Source: an uncultured Actinomycetota bacterium
Lineage (GTDB): Bacteria > Actinomycetota > Actinomycetes > Propionibacteriales > Propionibacteriaceae
NCBI GenBank assembly: GCA_963826405.1
Contig: CAWGWR010000009.1
Coordinates: 90,211 to 154,210 of the forward strand
DNA: 64,000 nucleotides
Direction of reading: 5' to 3'
Part shown: positions 57,056-64,000 of the stretch, one piece after another
How the letters are laid out: each line of letters starts with the position of its first letter
Position numbering within the stretch: the stretch's first letter is position 1
Notes under the pieces: generated by a model
Told to the model about the DNA's origin: nothing
Seen by the model: only the letters and a program-made list of their open reading frames with translations
Databases searched by the model: none
Program-made: the position numbers and the translations under genes

Positions 57056-59216
57056 ATGAGGACGTTCCGCGCGCTGCTGGCTCTGCTGGCCGGCTGCGCG
57101 GCGCTGCTCGGGCCGCTCGCCGCGGTGCCCTCCGCGGTCGCTGCCGAGCCCGCAGCCCAGGTACGGATCACCCTCACCTCGATGACGCCCGCCCTGCCCG
57201 AACGTGACGGCACCGTCACCCTGGCCGGCCAGGTGCGCAACGTCACCGACCAGCGCCTCTTCCGGCTGCAGGCCATCTTCTGGCGCAACCAGGCGCCCAT
57301 CACCAGCACCGAGGGCGTGGAGCAGGCCCTCGCCTCGGAGTCGAATGTGCCGGTCGGCGCCCGGCGCACCGCGTACTACCAGGACCTCTACCGCCCCGAG
57401 GACCCCTACCTCGAACCCGGGGCCACCGCGGACTTCCGCATCACCGCACCGGTGGCGGATCTCCAGCTCCCCTCCACCGACGGCCTGTACCTGATCGGCG
57501 TGCACGTGCTGCAGGACGGCAACCCCACCGCCATCGGACGGGCGCGCACCTTCGCCCCCGTGCTGGCCGAGCCCCCCGACGCCGACCTGCGGTTGACCTC
57601 CCTGGTCGTGCTCGCCTCGCGGCCCTCGCAGCTGCGCCGGGGCGTCCTCGCCGACGAGCACCTGGCCGACGAGGTCGCACCCGGTGGCCGGCTGCAGGCG
57701 CTGCTGGCCGCTGCGGACAGCGACGGCGCCAGCTTCGCCGTCGACCCCGCCCTGGTCGAGGAGCTCACCACCATGCGCGGGGGGTACTTGGTCCAGGGCG
57801 CCGACGGCAGCACGACGCCGGGCCGGGGCCAGAGCTGACGCGGCCGCGTGGCTGCAGCGCTTCGCGCAGGTCCGCGACGAGCGTGACGGCTTCCGCCTGC
57901 TCTTCGGCTCTCCCGACATCGCCGCCCTGGTGCACGAGTCCAACACCGGGGTGCTCGACGACGCCGTGGACGCCGGGGCGCGGGTCGAGGCGACCGCGTC
58001 GCTCCCGTTGCTGGTGCTGCCCGCTGACGGCCTGGCCGACGAGGCCATGCTCCGCGCCGCCGAAGAGCTGGATCCGGCGGCGGTGGTGCTCTCCGATGCC
58101 TCGGTGGTCGGCAGCAACCAGCCGCTGCTGGGGGGCAAGAAGAGCGCACCGGTCGTCCAGCTCAGCAGCGCGACCTCGGGGGGAGGACCCGGACCCGATC
58201 CGCGCGACACCTCGGTGCAGATGCGCCAGCGCGCCCTCGCCGAGACCTGGGTGCAGGCGGCCACCGCCGCCGACGGCACCACCCGCGGTCGGGTGCGTCT
58301 GGTCACCGCCACCAACCAGGTGCAGGGCGACGACCCGGGCGTCGCGGCGCCGTGGACCCGGCGGACCACGCTCAGCGAGCTGCTCAGCGGAACCCCCACC
58401 CCCTGGGACGGCGAGCTGCGCTATCCCGCGGCGGCGCGCCGCGCCGAGCAGACCCCCGGTCAGCAGGCGAGCCTGCGTCGCCTGGCCAGAAGCTGGTCGA
58501 CCTACCGCGAGGCGCTCGTCGACGGCGACGCCGTCGCGGCCGCCGGCCAGGCCTCCGTGGCCCGGGCGGCCAGCACCTCGTGGCGGGGTGAGGAGCGCCT
58601 GCTGCAGTCGTTCGTCCAGGCGCAGCAGGAGGCTCTGGACACCACCGTGAAGGGCCAGCTCCGGATCAGCACCAACCCCCGCGTCAGCACCGTCGCCCAG
58701 GACGGCGTCGTCTTCCCGATCACCGTGGAGAACGACCTGCCCGTCGACCCCGACGACCCGGATGCCGGAGCAGTTCAGCTGCGCCTGGTGTTCGTCTCCG
58801 AGAACCGGCAGCGGCTCCGGATCGACCCGATCGAGCTGGGCGAGCTCCGCGACGGCCGGCGGACCATCCGCGCCGGGGAGAACTACACCGCCACCGCCCA
58901 GGTCAGCGCCAGGGCCAACGGCACGGTGGCCGTGCGGGCCGAGCTCCAGACCCTGAAGGGCACCCCCGTGGGGCGGCCCCAGCGCATCGACGTCCGCGTC
59001 ACCCAGAACGGCACGACGGGGTGGGCCATCGCCGCGGGAGCGCTGGTCGTGTTCAGCGGCAGCACCGCGCTGCGGATCCGCCAGGTCAACCGGTCACGCA
59101 GCCGTACGGCGGCCGCAGGAGACGCGGGCGGCGCCACCGCCCCCAGCGCGCTGACCTCCGCACCACCGCCCGACGCCCCGCCCGCCAGCCGCCCCTACCC
59201 CCACGGACGCCCCTGA
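57056..59216 (+). CDS. DUF6049 family secreted/membrane protein with apparent +1 frameshift at ~57833
   Basis: Signal peptide; ORFs 57056..57838 and 57684..59216 join as PGRGQ-ADAAAWL if one base is removed; conserved position between cca and murJ. Confidence 0.75.
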
Positions 59217-62200
59217 TGACCGAGACCACCACCTCCAGCTCTCGCGCGGGCGCCACCGAGCCGCCCGCATCAGGAGATGGGCGTACCTCCGCCCTGGTCT
59301 CCGCGAGCGCGTTGATGGCCGCCGGTACCCTGCTGTCCCGGGTGCTCGGGTTCGGCCGGTTGATGTTGCTGGTGTTCCTCTTCGGCAACGCCACCCGGCA
59401 GGCCGACATGTTCACCGTCGCCAACACGGTGCCCAACAGCATGTACATCCTGCTGGCCGGCGGGGTCCTCAACACCGTGCTGGTGCCGCAGATCGTCCGG
59501 GCCATCCGGGGCGACGCGGACGGCGGCGAGGCCTACACGAACCGGATCATGACCGCTGGGCTGCTGGCTCTGGCCGGCATCACCCTGGTGCTGACGCTCG
59601 CCGTCCCGGCGGTCATCTGGCTTTACTCCGCCGAGTCCTGGCGTGCCCCCGAGGTGTCGGCCCAGTACGACTCGATGGTGATGCTCGGCTACTACTGCAT
59701 GCCGCAGATCTTCTTCTACGGCGTGCACGTGCTGGCGGGCCAGGTGCTGAACGCCCGGGACCGCTTCGGCCCGATGATGTGGGCACCGATCGCCAACAAC
59801 GTCGTCTCCATCGCCGTCCTGGGGCTCTTTCTCGTGGTCTTCGGCCGCGGGGACACGAGCGCGCCCTTCACGAGCGGGGAGGAGCTGCTGCTCGGCCTCG
59901 GCTCCACGCTCGGGATCGCCGTCCAGGCCGCGGTGCTCGTGCCGTTCCTGCGCCGGGCCGGCTACCACTTCCACCCCCGCTTCGACTTCCGCGGCGTCGG
60001 GCTGGGCAAGACCCTCCGGCTCGCCAAGTGGACGCTGGGCTTCGTCCTGGTCACCCAGCTGGCCCTGGTCGTGGTCTCCAAGCTCGCCACCGGGGCGACG
60101 GCCGGAGGTGCCGGCGGTGGCATCACCGCCTACTACAACGCCTACGCGGTGTGGATCCTGCCGCACTCCCTGATCACGGTCTCCCTGGCCACCGCGATGC
60201 TCCCCGCCGCGTCCCGGATGGCCGCCGTCGGCGACCACGAGGGGGTGGCCGCAGAGACGGTCCGGGCGATCCGGCTAGCGCTCACCGTTTTGCTGCCTGC
60301 AGCGGTGGCCTTCGGGGTCCTCGGCCTCCCCCTGGCCCAGACGGTGTTCGGGGTGGGCCGGGGCGCCTCCGACGCGGTCTACGTGGGATGGGCGCTCTCG
60401 GCACTGGCCCTCGGCCTCGCGCCCTTCACCATCCAGTACCTCTGCCTGCGGGCGTTCTACGCACTCGAGGACACGCGGACGCCGTTCCTCCTGCAGATCG
60501 CCATCTCCGGTGCCAACGTGCTCCTCGGCCTGCTGGCCGTCCAGCTCCTGGACCGGCCCGCGCTGGTGGCCGCCGCGCTGGGACTGGCCTACTCGCTGTC
60601 CTACCTGCTCGGCGCCGTCCTCTCACTGGCCCGGCTGCGCCGGCGCCTGCCGACTATGGACGTCTTCGGGTTGGTCAAGCACTGCGTGCGGCTGCTGGTT
60701 GCCGTGGCACCCGCCGCCGTGGTCGCAGTCCTGATCACCTGGTTCGTCGACCGCGGAGCCGATTCCTGGATCGCTCGGGCGCTCGCCCTGGCGGTCGCCG
60801 GACTGGTCGCCGTCGGCCTCTTCCTGGTGGTGGCCCGGCTGCTCCGCATCGCCGAGGTGACCGCCCTGATCACCACCGTGAACAGGCGTCGTCGGCCCCA
60901 GGACGCGCCCCAGCCCGAGGAGGCTGCTCATGATCTGGCCACGCCCGGCGATTCGACGACCCCGCTGACCCCGACGTCTTCTACCATCGAGGCACCACCC
61001 ACCGCCGGTCCTGCGTCCCAGCCGCGGCCCGGCACGAGCGAGAACGCTGACTCCATGGCTCATGCGGCGACCGTCCGCAGGCACCTTGGGGCCGAGGCCG
61101 AACTGGGGGACGCCTCGACCCTCCTGCACGCGACCGAACAGCACCACGGACTCTCGCAGCCGCCCACCAAGGCGGCCCGACTGCCCGCGGGGACGGTGCT
61201 CGCCGCCCGTTACCGCCTGGAAGAGCTGCTGGCGGGGTCGGGGCCGGCCATCACCTGGCGTGCCTTCGACCAGGTGCTGTCACGCTCGGTGCTCGTCCAC
61301 CTGCTCGCGCCCGGCGACGAGTCCGAGGCCGAGCTGATGGCTGCCGCGCGGCGCGCCTCCGTCGCCACCGACTCCCGCTTCCTGCGGGTGCTGGACGCCG
61401 TGCCGGGAGGGTCGGCGGCCGGGCCGGGCGCAGACCCGGAGCTGGGCTCCTACATCGTCTGCGAGTACGCGACGGGCCAGTCGCTGGAGCTGATCTTGAC
61501 CCAGGGGCCCCTGTCGGGGCTGGAGGCTGGCTGGATCGTCCGCGAGGTGGCCGACGCCCTGTCGGGCGTGCACAGCCTTGGCCTGCACCACCTCCGGATC
61601 AGCCCGGAGACGGTGATCATCACCCCCACCGGAAACGTCAAGATCGTCGGCCTGCTCATCGAGGCGGCTCTGCGACCGGCCGCGACCGAGCCGATCCACG
61701 ACCCCGGGAACCCCGTCCTGGTGGATGTCGCCGACCTCGGCCGGCTGCTGTACGCCAGCCTGGTCTGCCGCTGGCCCGGCGGTCCGGCCCACGGGCTGGC
61801 GGAGGCCCCGACCAGCGGGCGCCGCTGGCTGTCTCCGCGCCAGGTCCGGGCCGGGGTCTCCCCCGCGCTCGATGACGTCTGTGACCAGGTGCTGGGCGAC
61901 CCGCCGCGCCACCGGGCCGAGCCCATCACCGACGCCAACGCCCTGGTCAACGCCCTGACCAAGGTGCTCGGTGCCGCCGACGCCTCTGGCGACCTGGAGC
62001 GTCGCCTGCGGCAGCCGGTCCCCCGGGTGGGCGTGCACCAGCCCGGTACCGCGACCCCGGTCTCGACGCTGCTCGACCAGCCGACCGAGCTCACCCCGGT
62101 GCTGCGGGACGACGCGCCGCCACTGGCTACAGGTCACGCCGGGACCGGGCCCGGGCAGGGGCGGAGCGGACTCGCCCCCGCCATCACCCGTGCCGCCGCG

Positions 62201-62914
62201 CACGACCAAGCCTCGGTCACCACCACCGTGATCCGCACGCCGGTGCCCGACCGCGCGCCGGCGCAGCCGCGCAAGCCTCGCCGTCAGCCCCGGTACTGGA
62301 TCGCTCTGCTGGTCGGCTTGGTGGTCCTGCTCTGCGGTCTGGCCCTGGTGGCCGGGCTGGTGCTGAGCGCCCAGCTGGGGGCCGCCCCTGACCCACGTCC
62401 CAGCGCCACCCCGGCCCGGCCGACCGCAGCCAGGCCGAGTGCCGCCGTCCTCCCGATCAGCACCGCCCGCGATTTCGACCCCCAGGGCGCCGACGACAAG
62501 CGCGAGAATCCCGACGAGGTCGATCTGGCCTTCGACGGCGACCCCTCGACGCGTTGGCGCACCGTCGCCTACATCGGCAACCCGCGACTGGGGGGCATCA
62601 AACGCGGCGTCGGCCTGGTGCTGGACCTCGGATCGGCCCAGCCCGTCGCCTCGGTCAAGGTCACCCTGGCCGGCACGGGCACCGACCTCGACCTCCGCGT
62701 CCCCGCCGGCGACCCGGCCCTCGCGACACGTCCACCCCTGGGTTCGGACCAGCAGTGGGACGTGGTCGCCGAGCAGGAGGGCGCCGGTCGTACCGCCACC
62801 TTGACCCCCGGGCAGCCGGTGACCACCCGGTTCGTGCTCGTGTACCTCACGTCCCTGCCCCGCGAGGGGGGACGCTACCGCGGCGGCATCAGCGAGGTCG
62901 AGGTGCGCGGATGA
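59216..62914 (+). CDS. murJ: MurJ/MviN lipid II flippase fused to pseudokinase, TM and extracellular domains
   Basis: GTLLSRVLGFGR, NTVPN, LNA..RFGPMMWAP..NN, RAFYA..DTRTPF; kinase-like ARYRLEELL region lacking VAIK/HRD/DFG. Confidence 0.9.
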   Translation: MTETTTSSSRAGATEPPASGDGRTSALVSASALMAAGTLLSRVLGFGRLMLLVFLFGNATRQADMFTVANTVPNSMYILLAGGVLNTVLVPQIVRAIRGDADGGEAYTNRIMTAGLLALAGITLVLTLAVPAVIWLYSAESWRAPEVSAQYDSMVMLGYYCMPQIFFYGVHVLAGQVLNARDRFGPMMWAPIANNVVSIAVLGLFLVVFGRGDTSAPFTSGEELLLGLGSTLGIAVQAAVLVPFLRRAGYHFHPRFDFRGVGLGKTLRLAKWTLGFVLVTQLALVVVSKLATGATAGGAGGGITAYYNAYAVWILPHSLITVSLATAMLPAASRMAAVGDHEGVAAETVRAIRLALTVLLPAAVAFGVLGLPLAQTVFGVGRGASDAVYVGWALSALALGLAPFTIQYLCLRAFYALEDTRTPFLLQIAISGANVLLGLLAVQLLDRPALVAAALGLAYSLSYLLGAVLSLARLRRRLPTMDVFGLVKHCVRLLVAVAPAAVVAVLITWFVDRGADSWIARALALAVAGLVAVGLFLVVARLLRIAEVTALITTVNRRRRPQDAPQPEEAAHDLATPGDSTTPLTPTSSTIEAPPTAGPASQPRPGTSENADSMAHAATVRRHLGAEAELGDASTLLHATEQHHGLSQPPTKAARLPAGTVLAARYRLEELLAGSGPAITWRAFDQVLSRSVLVHLLAPGDESEAELMAAARRASVATDSRFLRVLDAVPGGSAAGPGADPELGSYIVCEYATGQSLELILTQGPLSGLEAGWIVREVADALSGVHSLGLHHLRISPETVIITPTGNVKIVGLLIEAALRPAATEPIHDPGNPVLVDVADLGRLLYASLVCRWPGGPAHGLAEAPTSGRRWLSPRQVRAGVSPALDDVCDQVLGDPPRHRAEPITDANALVNALTKVLGAADASGDLERRLRQPVPRVGVHQPGTATPVSTLLDQPTELTPVLRDDAPPLATGHAGTGPGQGRSGLAPAITRAAAHDQASVTTTVIRTPVPDRAPAQPRKPRRQPRYWIALLVGLVVLLCGLALVAGLVLSAQLGAAPDPRPSATPARPTAARPSAAVLPISTARDFDPQGADDKRENPDEVDLAFDGDPSTRWRTVAYIGNPRLGGIKRGVGLVLDLGSAQPVASVKVTLAGTGTDLDLRVPAGDPALATRPPLGSDQQWDVVAEQEGAGRTATLTPGQPVTTRFVLVYLTSLPREGGRYRGGISEVEVRG

Positions 62915-62983
62915 GCACCCCGTCGTCCCTCCCGTGCCGCTCCGGCCGGTGACCGCCGGGCTCCCCCATCCAGGCGGGGGGCC

Positions 62984-63469
62984 GTGCTGATGGCCCACCC
63001 ACTCCCGCTCGCCGACAACTGGCGGACGCCGGCCGTGGTCACCAGCGTGGGCGTGGTCGTCTGCCTGGGCGTGGTGCTCCGCGGTGACGCGGCCGGCAAG
63101 GGCGGCGTGGCCGTCGTGCTCGTGCTGCTCTGGGCCTCGTGCCTCGCCCTGGTCTGGGCGCGCTCGCGGGCCTACCTGATGGTCGAGGGGAGCCGGATCA
63201 CGGTGCGCCACGTGCGCGCACTGCACACCGTCGAGGCCCGGGACCTGGTGGCCGTCCGCCAGCGGACGTCAGCGTCCGGCCCGATGTACACGCTGGTCTG
63301 CCGGCGCCGGGACGGCACCACCGCGAGCCTCGTCGCTCCGGTCGCCCTCCTCCAGGGCGGGCCCTCGACTCTCTTCCGTTGGCTGCTGGCCCAGGCCCCG
63401 CAGGCCGAGCTCGACCGGGGCTCGCGGCGGACGGTGGACCAGCTGCAGGTGAAGGGTCTGCTTCCGTGA
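62984..63469 (+). CDS. Hypothetical membrane protein (two TM helices + PH-like domain)
   Basis: Two hydrophobic segments followed by a beta-rich soluble region; start uncertain. Confidence 0.6.
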   Translation: MLMAHPLPLADNWRTPAVVTSVGVVVCLGVVLRGDAAGKGGVAVVLVLLWASCLALVWARSRAYLMVEGSRITVRHVRALHTVEARDLVAVRQRTSASGPMYTLVCRRRDGTTASLVAPVALLQGGPSTLFRWLLAQAPQAELDRGSRRTVDQLQVKGLLP

Positions 63470-63483
63470 GCCCCTCGCGAGCC

Positions 63484-63510
63484 GGAATACGGCACCCTCG
63501 GCGCCCGTTG
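63484..63510 (+). promoter_or_regulatory. SigR/SigH-type promoter of trxB
   Basis: GGAAT-N18-GTTG about 100 nt upstream of trxB. Confidence 0.75.
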
Positions 63511-63610
63511 AGCGGAGGTAGGGTGAGCCCCCGGCAGGGCCCCCGAGCCAGGACCTCCGGCGTGACCGGAGCCTGGTTACCGGTCGAGCAGCACAGCTGA
63601 GAGGGAATGC

Positions 63611-64000
63611 ATGAGCGAGACGTTCGACAACCAGGTGCGCGACGTCATCATCGTGGGCAGCGGCCCCTCGGGCTACACCGCCGCGATCTACGCCGCCCGG
63701 GCGAACCTGCACCCGCTGGTCTTCGAGGGCTCCGTCACCGCCGGTGGCGCCCTGATGAACACCACCGAGGTGGAGAACTTCCCCGGCTTTCCCACCGGCA
63801 TCATGGGCCCGGAGCTGATGGACAACCTGCGCGAGCAGGCCGAACGCTTCGGCGCCGAGCTGGTCAGCGAGGACATCGTCTCGATGGACCTGACCGGTGA
63901 GCTGAAGACGGTCACCGACGGCTACGGCAACACCTTCACCGCCCGCGCCGTCATCTTGGCCATGGGCTCCAGCTACCGCAAGCTCGGGATCCCCGACGAG
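63611..64000 (+). CDS. trxB: Thioredoxin-disulfide reductase (runs off the window edge)
   Basis: Manual translation [54 protein letters not shown]. Confidence 0.96.
   Translation, partial: MSETFDNQVRDVIIVGSGPSGYTAAIYAARANLHPLVFEGSVTAGGALMNTTEVENFPGFPTGIMGPELMDNLREQAERFGAELVSEDIVSMDLTGELKTVTDGYGNTFTARAVILAMGSSYRKLGIPDE

Noticed and set aside
62911-62952. Short ORF MSTPSSLPCRSGR coupled to the murJ stop, possibly a frameshifted start of 62984..63469
   Set aside because: Low-complexity sequence and no homolog evidence available; cannot be supported.
113-63915. Numerous long Arg/Pro/Gly-rich overlapping ORFs (e.g. 14602..16617, 27591..29765, 32755..34692, 61280..63226)
   Set aside because: Shadow frames of recognisable genes in stop-poor high-GC DNA; no family motifs.

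Overview
High-GC actinobacterial chromosome segment, probably Propionibacteriales (Microlunatus/Friedmanniella-like; inferred from gene content and order) and probably just upstream of oriC. Core blocks: tRNA-Leu(CAG)-fhaA-fhaB-pstP-rodA-pbpA-pknB, trpG/DUF881/crgA, rpsF-ssb-rpsR-rplI, pta-ackA, and CCA-adding enzyme-DUF6049-murJ(pseudokinase fusion)-trxB. Three accessory items stand out. (1) A co-oriented SDR + PlsC-type acyltransferase + alkyl-DHAP-synthase-like triad (31.3-34.6 kb) that matches the eukaryotic three-step ether-lipid route. (2) A ~12 kb copper/oxidase island (34.9-46.8 kb) with a Tat-exported animal-type heme peroxidase, a Tat-exported bilirubin-oxidase/CotA-type multicopper oxidase, CopC-CopD, a CopD-like protein, a rhomboid, one kinase and three receiver proteins, with a shared ~52-bp upstream motif. 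(3) An AbiEi/DUF559-like gene bracketed by two related 74-bp palindromes. Recognisable stress promoters: LexA-like box (alkB family gene), PafBC/RecA-NDp motif (nfo), SigR/SigH motif (OYE gene, trxB), plus a DnaA-box cluster. Four genes show apparent single-base frameshifts (GH38 mannosidase, ssb, multicopper oxidase, DUF6049); because ssb is normally essential, sequencing error is the likeliest cause. No CRISPR array, IS element, integrase or rRNA was seen. All family calls come from motif recognition by eye; no searches were run.
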